Shown: positions 1 through 7,577 of the stretch, in pieces
Numbering within the stretch: position 1 is the first letter of the stretch
How the letters are laid out: every line of letters starts with the position of its first letter
IMG/VR virus record: IMGVR_UViG_3300045988_051781
Location: 1-45,142 of that record
Length of the DNA: 45,142 nt
Origin: a virus
Reading direction: 5' to 3' (one strand)
Notes under the pieces: model-generated
The model's database searches: none
What the model was told of the DNA's origin: nothing
The model's input: the letters and a program-made list of their open reading frames with translations, nothing else
Position numbers and translations under genes: made by a program

Positions 1-99
1 AATCAAGAATCCGTAGTTACCAATATTAGCAAATTTATAGGCTACAGACTGTGAACAGTACAAGAGCGGGTGCACGCCTGTTTTCTGGTATACATAGTC
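1..99. repeat. 99-bp terminal direct repeat (circular-closure overlap), identical to 45044..45142
   Basis: Base-by-base reading shows aatcaagaatccgtagttacc...ggtatacatagtc at both window ends, in the same orientation. Confidence 0.95.
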
Positions 100-426
100 G
101 AGCCACGATTTACACCATGCAAAATCGGAGTTGCCAAACGCCGGGTTATTCTGCCCCTCCCAGTCAAGGCAAAGGATTGCTTCGCCTACACGTTTTCCAA
201 TTCTATCAAGGAAGTAATCTGCTTCTTTCTGGTAATCTCCACCAGTCGCATAATGGTAGATACCGAGACACTTTCCGGCGTTCTTAGCCTGTGCGTAAGC
301 TCTTGTGAAATCCGGGTTCACGTAGCCTGTTCCCTCTGTGGCTTTTACAATCACAAAATCGCATGGTACTACACTGAGGTCAATTCCTGTCTGATAACTT
401 GCAATATCAATTCCGTTTAATGACAT
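1..426 (-). CDS. Endolysin, N-terminal GH25 muramidase part; the gene wraps the window junction and continues at 45142..44279
   Basis: ATG at 426. Translation MSLNGIDIASYQTGIDLSVVPCDFVIVKATEGTGYVNPDF...GIYHYATGG is GH25-like. The frame at base 99 matches the frame at 45142. Not in the ORF track because the window edge cuts it. Confidence 0.85.
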   Translation of the reverse strand, partial: MSLNGIDIASYQTGIDLSVVPCDFVIVKATEGTGYVNPDFTRAYAQAKNAGKCLGIYHYATGGDYQKEADYFLDRIGKRVGEAILCLDWEGQNNPAFGNSDFAWCKSWLDYVYQKTGVHPLLYCSQSVAYKFANIGNYGFLI

Positions 427-430
427 AACA

Positions 431-461
431 TTTCCTTTCTACCGCTAACTTTTGACGGTCA
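431..461 (-). promoter_or_regulatory. Conserved leader stem-loop + SD element, copy a (upstream of endolysin)
   Basis: Plus strand TTTCCTTTCTACCGCTAACTTTTGACGGTCA. Near-identical copies at 10357, 12031 and 15414, each directly 5' of a late-gene start. Confidence 0.55.
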
Positions 462-480
462 AACAAATAGCTTCGTCTGT

Positions 481-774
481 CTATTCGTCCTTATTCATCT
501 GCTTGATTAACTGGTTGGCATAATTGCTTAGTCCGGCGACTAAAATCCCTTGTACAATTGCCGTAAAAATAGCCATTGCAATATTTTGTGTACCTTTAAG
601 GTCGCAAGTAGCCACCACGTAGATACCGCAGATCACGATACCGATCACTCCAAGGATTGCCGGGATGTATTTGTTCGCTACGGTCTGCGCTTCTTTTAAG
701 CAGACTCCGATAAAATACAGTGCGATCGCTACAACAACAAGCTCTGGTTTTACATAATTCATAATCTGTTCCAT
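481..774 (-). CDS. Holin (Hol44 / LL-H-like)
   Basis: 97 aa with three hydrophobic segments and a charged C-terminus. MEQIMNYVKPELVVVAIALYFIGVCLK resembles the phage_holin_5 N-terminus. Lies directly upstream of the endolysin, with an AAAGGAA RBS. Confidence 0.8.
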   Translation of the reverse strand: MEQIMNYVKPELVVVAIALYFIGVCLKEAQTVANKYIPAILGVIGIVICGIYVVATCDLKGTQNIAMAIFTAIVQGILVAGLSNYANQLIKQMNKDE

Positions 775-853
775 AGAAAAATTCCTTTCTATAATGTGTG
801 TTTACATGTTACATACTAATAGAGTATTATCGAGTAAAAAGGTGGTAAAAACA

Positions 854-1051
854 ATGGGTGGAAATTTTGCAATAAAGGGCGTTGAATACTTAACGGACTC
901 GTTCCAGATAGTGGACGAGCGGAGAAAGACGATAATGATTTTTGCTACGGATCCGCACTTAAAAGAGGTTGTGCTTATTTACAAGCTCTTAGGTAATCCT
1001 GAAGATTTGCTATATGACGAGGAAAACCCGATTGAAATATTGGAAGTGTAG
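854..1051 (+). CDS. Hypothetical 65-aa protein (plus-strand moron)
   Basis: ATG at 854 follows a GGTGG RBS. Candidate promoter TTTACA(801)-18-TATTAT(825). A hairpin lies downstream. No recognisable family. Confidence 0.5.
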   Translation: MGGNFAIKGVEYLTDSFQIVDERRKTIMIFATDPHLKEVVLIYKLLGNPEDLLYDEENPIEILEV

Positions 1052-1057
1052 AATCTA

Positions 1058-1086
1058 CTCCCCATTGTCCGGGGAGCTTTCTTATT
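1058..1086 (+). terminator. GC-rich hairpin CTCCCC-N7-GGGGAG followed by a T-rich tail
   Basis: Stem 1058..1063 pairs with 1071..1076, then CTTTCTTATT. Sits between convergent ORFs 854..1051 (+) and 1082..1411 (-). Confidence 0.4.
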
Positions 1087-1411
1087 CCACGAATTTTTGA
1101 TAGAAAATAAGTGCATCGAGAAATTCTGAATTACTCGGACATTTCGTTGTACTATAACCTAGAATCTCTTGCACATATTCCCGGTTGCTTTTCCAACATT
1201 TTTCAACGGCGCTTCGGATAGCTGCTTCGATGTTCGCCGGTGACGTTCCGTATTTTTCAGCAATAACTGGATATACGTCTTTCATCATGCGAACATTTTC
1301 ACTTTCTTCATTTTTGGCAGCCACGATTTCTACCGCATCTTGGATATAATGGTATCCTTTATACCTAGAATTTACATGGCATTTTCTCAAAATCATTACC
1401 GTTTCGTTCAT
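1082..1411 (-). CDS. Stand-alone Spo0A C-terminal (DNA-binding) domain protein with no receiver domain
   Basis: 109 aa from ATG 1411 (AGGAGG RBS). RYKGYHYIQDAV, VYPVIAEKYGTSPANIEAAIRSAVEKCW and PSNSEFLDAL parallel the remembered B. subtilis Spo0A C-domain motifs ([50 protein letters not shown]). Confidence 0.75.
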   Translation of the reverse strand: MNETVMILRKCHVNSRYKGYHYIQDAVEIVAAKNEESENVRMMKDVYPVIAEKYGTSPANIEAAIRSAVEKCWKSNREYVQEILGYSTTKCPSNSEFLDALIFYQKFVE

Positions 1412-1461
1412 AATACCCCTCCTAAGTGTGATTCTAAGATGTTTAATGATTTGTTGCACCT

Positions 1462-1470
1462 ATTATACCA
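1462..1470 (-). promoter_or_regulatory. Extended -10 (TGGTATAAT) candidate promoter for the Spo0A_C-like gene
   Basis: The reverse complement of attatacca is TGGTATAAT, about 50 nt upstream of ATG 1411. The -35 element is weak. Confidence 0.35.
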
Positions 1471-1494
1471 CACCCAGAAACGAGCAATATAACG

Positions 1495-1551
1495 TTTTTT
1501 AATGATTTTACTTAATTTTTTTTCGATTTTTTAGCAAGAATCATTAAAAAA
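1495..1551. repeat. Perfect 13-bp AT-rich inverted repeat (TTTTTTAATGATT ... AATCATTAAAAAA)
   Basis: Arms at 1495..1507 and 1539..1551 with a 31-bp spacer, just upstream of the candidate Spo0A_C promoter. Confidence 0.6.
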
Positions 1552-1626
1552 CACATTTCTTTCCCTTGCTATTGTAAAAATTATTCGTTTTCCGCAATAT
1601 TTTCATCCTCTCCTACTTCCTCATAA

Positions 1627-1653
1627 GGAATATTCATAAGCTCTGAATATTCC
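1627..1653 (-). terminator. 9-bp hairpin GGAATATTC-N9-GAATATTCC downstream of the tail fibre gene
   Basis: Perfect inverted repeat. The T-run lies only on the plus-strand side, so terminator function on the minus strand is uncertain. Confidence 0.3.
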
Positions 1654-1701
1654 TTTTCCGTCAGTCTGTTTTCTTATTTTTAAAGATTAGCTTTCTTTAG
1701 C

Positions 1702-3705
1702 TTAGTTAGATACATTATTTGCAGTTCCGATTTTATAAACATAGTCACTCATATTACCATAACTCGCAAAGTCACAGTCTTTTCCATAAACTATCCATAC
1801 CATTTCGTCATCTGAATTAAGCGATGAAATATAACTATAAAGGTTGTTTATTTGTGTGCAACTTATCAAGTTACAAACGTTATTTGTTTTTGCGTTAATT
1901 TCGCCAGACTTCGGATAAATGCTCTGAAATTGTAACCTTCCAGTTCCCAAATCACATTTTATAAAATTCAGTTCTGCGCCTAATATAACAGCACTATTTC
2001 CGTCCTTGTTTTTTCCGTCATGTACAAGCATTGTTTCGACGGTAGTCGTAACGATTTTGCAAAATTTAATCGTACCTTTTTCGCAAGGACTCATACCAAT
2101 TCCTATTGCAGGAAATCTCCCTGTATCATCACTTATATCAGGACATCCGCCCCAATCGAATATACAATTCTCAATAAGCCACTCACCTTGTATTCCCCTA
2201 CTACTACTCTCACAATGCATAGCATATCTTGTGTTTTTACTTTTTATTGTAAATCCTTTAATGGCTGTAAATGTCCTTGGTAATGAAACGATATGAAAAG
2301 CACATTTTTCAACAATGTCACTTCTGATAGGATTTTCTAATCCTGTTGAGCCATTCCATTCGATAATGGTATCTTCTGGATTTCCACTCTTTGATTCGTA
2401 AGTAACCCAAGGTTTTGTAATAACACCTTGATATTTGCTTGTCTGTGCTATACCTGCGTATTTGTCTTGTAAATCTGTGTATGTTCCCGGTAATACGATA
2501 ATTCTGTATCTTTTTGCGTAGGAATTATCGGTAATCGTTTCGTTCGCATGGTAAATAGTAGCAAATGGTTTTTCTTCCGAACCATCACCACTCGTATCTG
2601 AGCCTGTGGTTGAGACATATATGCAATATTCTTTTATTACAGAACCATCTATACTTTTTATATCATTTACAGAATCACTTAAACTTTCCAAAGTGTTATT
2701 GATATTGTCAATGTCATATTTTGGATTTTTGAACCAGTTAGATTCTTTCTGTGTAATGTCACCAGAATATAATTTTGCACCAACAAATACACCAGATTTC
2801 TGCATTTCAGTGATATACATCGTAGTATCATTAGTGATTACTACATCGCCGTTACCTGACGCTGAATATTTACCAATCGGTATCCACTTTCCGTCAGTAT
2901 CTTCGTAAAAAGTAAAAGAGCCACTCATATTTTCATAATGATATGTTCCAGCCTTTAGTGAAATTGGATTGAACGATTGATATGTTTCGGATTCAAGCTG
3001 TTTTTTAGCAGTTTTGTTCCAATATGTTCCAACGCTTGGAGTTCCAATATCATATTCTTTATATCCGCCAACGTGTTCTATTTTGTTATCTAAATCTTCC
3101 TTTAGTGAACCAATATCCTTTTCATTGGTCGCAATCTGTTCCTGATTGGCTGCTATGGCTTCTTTATCCTTTTCGAGAGCATCACCTACAGCTTTTGCAT
3201 CTGCCGGTGAACCAGATACCGAAAGTGTACTGTCCACATCTGTCTTTTTAAGAAAGGTAGATAGTTCGTTTTCTACCGCTTCAAGTCTTTCATCCTGTTC
3301 AGTATTTTTCGTGTCTGATTCGTTTGCTCTGGATTCTAATGTGGAAATCTTTGCATCCTGTTCGGTATTTTTCGTACTGGCTTCACTGATGTCAGACTCT
3401 AAGGTGGAAATCTTTTCGTCCTGTGCGGTGTTTTTGGTTCCGGCTTCTTTGATGTCAGACTCTAAGGCGGAAATCTTTTCATCCTGTTCGGTGTTTTTGG
3501 CATCCACTTCGTTAATCGCACCAACAAGCGTTTTATCAGCCGTATTCAGTCCACTAAATTTATGGGAAGCAATCTTTTCTACTACTACGTTTACGATATT
3601 GGATACAATTGATCTCTTATTTGTGTTTGTTTCTTTATCAAGGATAATGATTTCGTCATTATCAGCGATTCCTTCTTTTTCCGCGTAATCAGTCCACTTT
3701 GCCAT
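1702..3705 (-). CDS. Tail fibre / receptor-binding protein with a coiled-coil repeat region and a possible beta-helix C-terminal domain
   Basis: 667 aa from ATG 3705 (GAAGAAGGTG RBS). Last large ORF of the tail module. Contains 21-aa tandem repeats. A later segment, GSEEKPFATIYHANETI...RIIVLPGTYTD, looks like a pectate-lyase-type fold. Confidence 0.7.
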   Translation of the reverse strand: MAKWTDYAEKEGIADNDEIIILDKETNTNKRSIVSNIVNVVVEKIASHKFSGLNTADKTLVGAINEVDAKNTEQDEKISALESDIKEAGTKNTAQDEKISTLESDISEASTKNTEQDAKISTLESRANESDTKNTEQDERLEAVENELSTFLKKTDVDSTLSVSGSPADAKAVGDALEKDKEAIAANQEQIATNEKDIGSLKEDLDNKIEHVGGYKEYDIGTPSVGTYWNKTAKKQLESETYQSFNPISLKAGTYHYENMSGSFTFYEDTDGKWIPIGKYSASGNGDVVITNDTTMYITEMQKSGVFVGAKLYSGDITQKESNWFKNPKYDIDNINNTLESLSDSVNDIKSIDGSVIKEYCIYVSTTGSDTSGDGSEEKPFATIYHANETITDNSYAKRYRIIVLPGTYTDLQDKYAGIAQTSKYQGVITKPWVTYESKSGNPEDTIIEWNGSTGLENPIRSDIVEKCAFHIVSLPRTFTAIKGFTIKSKNTRYAMHCESSSRGIQGEWLIENCIFDWGGCPDISDDTGRFPAIGIGMSPCEKGTIKFCKIVTTTVETMLVHDGKNKDGNSAVILGAELNFIKCDLGTGRLQFQSIYPKSGEINAKTNNVCNLISCTQINNLYSYISSLNSDDEMVWIVYGKDCDFASYGNMSDYVYKIGTANNVSN
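3253..3498 (-). repeat. About 3.9 tandem copies of a 63-bp (21-aa) repeat inside the tail fibre gene
   Basis: KNTEQDEKISALESDIKEAGT / KNTAQDEKISTLESDISEAST / KNTEQDAKISTLESRANESDT / KNTEQDERLEAVENELSTF. The DNA units are visibly near-identical. Confidence 0.9.
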
Positions 3706-3949
3706 CTGCCACACCTTCTTCCATTAACATTGCTTGCATCGCCTTTGCATACGGGTTTTCTATTGTTCCTTTTTTTTCGAGTTCCGGTCTTTCTCCAATA
3801 AATCCATCTTCTGGCGTAGCAATCACAGTTTCCGTGCCATCATCCTCTACGCGCTCAATAGTGCACCCTCTTTCGAGTGCAGAATCCATCTGCGCATCCT
3901 TAGATAAAAACTTCGCTGTTCCGTCTTTTTTTGCTATATAACCTTTCAT
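3689..3949 (-). CDS. Hypothetical tail-module protein (86 aa)
   Basis: Long ORF co-oriented and tightly packed between the tail tip and fibre genes. No family recognised. Confidence 0.5.
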   Translation of the reverse strand: MKGYIAKKDGTAKFLSKDAQMDSALERGCTIERVEDDGTETVIATPEDGFIGERPELEKKGTIENPYAKAMQAMLMEEGVADGKVD

Positions 3950-4200
3950 TTTTCCTTTACTCCCGTCTTTTTAAGTGCATCCTTTAATTCCTCAACAGTT
4001 CCTGTATGTCCCTCGTTTTCTGGCAGCTTTAAAGTTTTACGAAATAAGCTCTCTTGATATGCTTCGTTCTTAAATTCCGCCGCAACTGAATCCACGATTA
4101 TTGTTTGCAACGAAAGCGGGGTTTCAGATTTTACCAATTCTTTTTTTGCATATTGGTATATAAGTCTTTTAAGTGTTTGCATCGTCTCACCGAGATCCAT
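3946..4200 (-). CDS. Hypothetical tail-module protein (84 aa)
   Basis: Co-oriented ORF with a 4-nt overlap onto the next gene and a GGAGG-type RBS. Confidence 0.5.
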   Translation of the reverse strand: MDLGETMQTLKRLIYQYAKKELVKSETPLSLQTIIVDSVAAEFKNEAYQESLFRKTLKLPENEGHTGTVEELKDALKKTGVKEK

Positions 4201-4221
4201 ACATTTTCACCTCCTTTGCAA

Positions 4222-7173
4222 TTAGTTTAATTCTGAAACAATAAGTCCGTTTTCCACCTGTATCGTTGTTTCTGTCCATCCAATACTACCGCCTCCCGCG
4301 TCATGTACTTCTGAAACATATTTAAGATTTCCAGTCGCTCCTATATAAGTTGTTAAATGCACATCTGTTGTGCTTCGGGTGGAAATGTCGCTCGCTGTTA
4401 TTCGTAAGCATCCACCTTTTATTTGGATTCCGCGGTCAGTGTTTCCGGTTACCATGTTGTATGTAGAAGCGGAGTAATCTATATATCCGTATTCCGCAGA
4501 ACCTCTACCACCAATCATTTTCCCTTCGTTAGACATCTTCATCCAATATCCCGTGCTTGTTCCACATTTTAGAGTCCCTTCCAATTCTGCCGATGTGCAT
4601 TTTAGATTTCCAGCTTCACTCATGCTAGAATATTTGGATTCCCATGCAATTTTATCAGCTTTCAGTCTGATCAAATCAGCTTTCGCTTCAATCAAACTTT
4701 CCGCTTGATCTGATGTGATTCTTAGCTGTAATCCATCTTCTGTAATTTTTAAAACTGTTGCTGCATTCACAGTACCGGAAGTGGCAACATCTTTTTGTGC
4801 CTGCTTTAAAGCTGAATTTAAGTCCGCATATGTAACATTGTATCTGTCAATTTTTGATTCGATATCTTTTCTTTCTGCATCTGTAATCTTTTTATCGGAA
4901 ATGGCTGTTCGTATGGCATTGGTAAGTGCTGTATACGCATTGGTATACGCTGTCATTTTGTTTGTCAACGAATCCTTTGTCAATGTCCTCGCCTGATAAT
5001 GCCATATTCTCTGCATATTTTCATACGGATGTGATGTGGTAATCAATGCCGGATCGCCAACTTCAACAATTTCAAATGCTGGAAGTTTTTCCGAAGAAGT
5101 TGTCGAATGCGTTGCGGGATTATTTGTTGTTTCTATAGAATCAATCGAGAATCCATATAACTTTCCATCCGCTTTTGTTGCATTAAAGCTAACGAATAAG
5201 TCTGTTGACGGAATAATATATTCTTCATCTGTATCCAATAAATCTCCAGCCGTAAGACCGGACGCAAACTTATATATCTTATTATCTTTTTTATAATATA
5301 AGCCGAGCGTATCAAGATAAGTGCTGTTAGACTTTGAATTGATTTTTATTTTTAGGTTACTTCCTGTGCTTTTTTTATTGCTCACGGAATCAATAATCGA
5401 ATTGAACCAGATCGTCAACATTTCATTGTCTTTATCAAACTCGTTCATAGACTGCTCAATTGCTTTCGTTTCTGATTCACTTATAACTCCGTCTTTAAAT
5501 GAACCATTTACTGTGTCTTTAAAGTTATTCAGATCATCTTGTATGCTTCCAACTTCTTCTTTTGCAATATCTTCCAATGATTTCCCCTCCACACTGAAAG
5601 ATGTTGCTTTAATGTTTACAACTCCTGTAGCCGTATCGGCTTGGAAGGTAATATTGCCGTTTTTATCTTTGATGGTAAGTGATCCCGAATTGATGTAATC
5701 CGCATTAAGTCCAATTGTATACAAAATTCTGGCTATCAGATCACCAGTCAAGGTCATCCCATAAGGATATGTCTTTCCTCCATCGTTCGATATTCCAATA
5801 GCTTCAGATGTTACCTTTATGACATTTTTGGAATCTTTAAGGTTTGCTTTATCATGAATATATGATATATAGCTGCCGTCCGATTGCTTAACCTGTGTCT
5901 CGTACATTCCGGAAGCATTTTTTAAAGCTTCATTCAAATTTTCAACAGCATTTTCCCACTCTGTTTTGTTCTTCACAAATTCTTTTTGTGTCTGATATAT
6001 CTCGGACGCATTACTGTAATACTCACCCGCCTGTCTCTCTGGCGAATTGATATCACAGCTTATTGTAGAACCACCAAGATATTCAAATTCATGGGTTGTA
6101 ACAAATGTTCTGTATACCTTGTCTTTTCGATCAACCACACAAGCAAGATCCATAAATTCTACAGTTGGGTTCGGAATAAATTCACCGCTGATCTTCCTGA
6201 TTGTGACATTTACAAGCTTTTTGCCGATAAAGTCAACCGCAGCTTTTTCATTACCTTTGATAAGCGGATTGGTTATCTTTATGCAGTAAGTATCATTTCC
6301 GTATATTACGGTCTTTTCATCGTCGCCCGATCCTGTAGTAGTCGACACTCCGGTAATAACTACATTGTCTGTATCAATGTCTGGATCCGATGCGAAGTCT
6401 TTGAAGATGTGGTATCCGGCATCTTCGGAAAGATTTGACGGTTTGGTTGAATCTGTAATTCCGTTCAAAGCAGAAAAGTCGTAGCTTTTTATCACCAGTG
6501 TTCCATTACGGATCACTGCGTTTCCACATGCTATCTGTGCGATATATCCGATCACCTGTCTGCCGGTTACATTTTCAGGTGCATTTTTGATAATGTAATC
6601 TTCGTTTTCAAACGTAGCACTTCCAAGTGAAATTTCGCAAGCGGAGCACACTTCTACAAGTAGCTGTCTTGCTGTTACCGGGTATGTAAGTTTAGAAGCA
6701 AAGCTTCTGTCTGTTTTCCACATATCATCGTAGGCGTTCAGCTCAATCGTATCACTTAATTTAACCGGATTTAATACAGTAAATACTCCCTCTTGTATTC
6801 TCTCTATAGTCGGATCATTTGCAAGAATAACGTCTCCTGTCGTATAGGAAATGTCATCTCCGGAATAGTCTTTCAATGGCGAAAAATCAATATCTGCTTC
6901 TGTATAAAGAGAGATTCTTGCAAAGTAAAAATCATATCCAGAATACCGTTCATCCAGATTATCTATGGTAAGCGTAATCGTTTTCGATACAGCGGAACCA
7001 AGAGGAAATCCATCGTTTCCTCCCTGTTCTGTATACTTATTGCCACTTACCATAAAGTCTTTTTCGGATGTAAGGGTAAGACGTTTACCATTGGCAAGAG
7101 TAACAACCGCATAAGCATAAAAAGCAGTTCCATCCTTTATGCAATTTTTGAACAATGTACTGACATTTTTCAT
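4222..7173 (-). CDS. Tail tip / Tal-like minor structural protein (983 aa)
   Basis: Lies after the tape measure and a small Dit-like ORF. The N-terminus MKNVSTLFKNCIKDGTAFYAYAVVTLANGKRLTL resembles the prophage-tail / minor-structural N-terminal region. Central coiled-coil segments. Confidence 0.7.
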   Translation of the reverse strand: MKNVSTLFKNCIKDGTAFYAYAVVTLANGKRLTLTSEKDFMVSGNKYTEQGGNDGFPLGSAVSKTITLTIDNLDERYSGYDFYFARISLYTEADIDFSPLKDYSGDDISYTTGDVILANDPTIERIQEGVFTVLNPVKLSDTIELNAYDDMWKTDRSFASKLTYPVTARQLLVEVCSACEISLGSATFENEDYIIKNAPENVTGRQVIGYIAQIACGNAVIRNGTLVIKSYDFSALNGITDSTKPSNLSEDAGYHIFKDFASDPDIDTDNVVITGVSTTTGSGDDEKTVIYGNDTYCIKITNPLIKGNEKAAVDFIGKKLVNVTIRKISGEFIPNPTVEFMDLACVVDRKDKVYRTFVTTHEFEYLGGSTISCDINSPERQAGEYYSNASEIYQTQKEFVKNKTEWENAVENLNEALKNASGMYETQVKQSDGSYISYIHDKANLKDSKNVIKVTSEAIGISNDGGKTYPYGMTLTGDLIARILYTIGLNADYINSGSLTIKDKNGNITFQADTATGVVNIKATSFSVEGKSLEDIAKEEVGSIQDDLNNFKDTVNGSFKDGVISESETKAIEQSMNEFDKDNEMLTIWFNSIIDSVSNKKSTGSNLKIKINSKSNSTYLDTLGLYYKKDNKIYKFASGLTAGDLLDTDEEYIIPSTDLFVSFNATKADGKLYGFSIDSIETTNNPATHSTTSSEKLPAFEIVEVGDPALITTSHPYENMQRIWHYQARTLTKDSLTNKMTAYTNAYTALTNAIRTAISDKKITDAERKDIESKIDRYNVTYADLNSALKQAQKDVATSGTVNAATVLKITEDGLQLRITSDQAESLIEAKADLIRLKADKIAWESKYSSMSEAGNLKCTSAELEGTLKCGTSTGYWMKMSNEGKMIGGRGSAEYGYIDYSASTYNMVTGNTDRGIQIKGGCLRITASDISTRSTTDVHLTTYIGATGNLKYVSEVHDAGGGSIGWTETTIQVENGLIVSELN

Positions 7174-7183
7174 GTTGCTCTCC

Positions 7184-7567
7184 TTATACTACCGGATTCA
7201 TGCTTGTTACTTGAAAGCTTAATTCGTCCAATTTTTCCTCGCCATCTTCAATGCTCATCATTGGAGCGTTAAAATTTGCAGCATAGAATTTTGTTGTTTC
7301 CCACCGTGCTTTGTATATGTTAAAATGGTAAAAATCAAATTCATCTCTGTTCATAACCTCTTTTAGGATACGGCTTGCGTCTTCTGCTTTTATATCTGTC
7401 CATTTAAGGTTGTACGCTTCAATAGTGAATAGCACCGCATTTTTCATATTGCCACGCATGGTTCTTCCAGACTTATCAGAAGAGGTTGTTGCAAGTGAAA
7501 CCTGATATCCGTCCTGATCAGGGTCCGGCGGTGTGTACGTTCCAAGTTTTAAATGTTTTTGTGCCAT
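7184..7567 (-). CDS. Small distal-tail-like protein (127 aa)
   Basis: Immediately downstream of the tape measure gene. The call rests on position only. Confidence 0.45.
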   Translation of the reverse strand: MAQKHLKLGTYTPPDPDQDGYQVSLATTSSDKSGRTMRGNMKNAVLFTIEAYNLKWTDIKAEDASRILKEVMNRDEFDFYHFNIYKARWETTKFYAANFNAPMMSIEDGEEKLDELSFQVTSMNPVV

Positions 7568-7577
7568 TTCACACCTC

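Noticed and set aside
1702-3714. Tail fibre repeats as a diversity-generating retroelement target
   Set aside because: There is no reverse transcriptase and no template/variable repeat pair with adenine-specific differences. The repeats are in-frame tandem shaft units.
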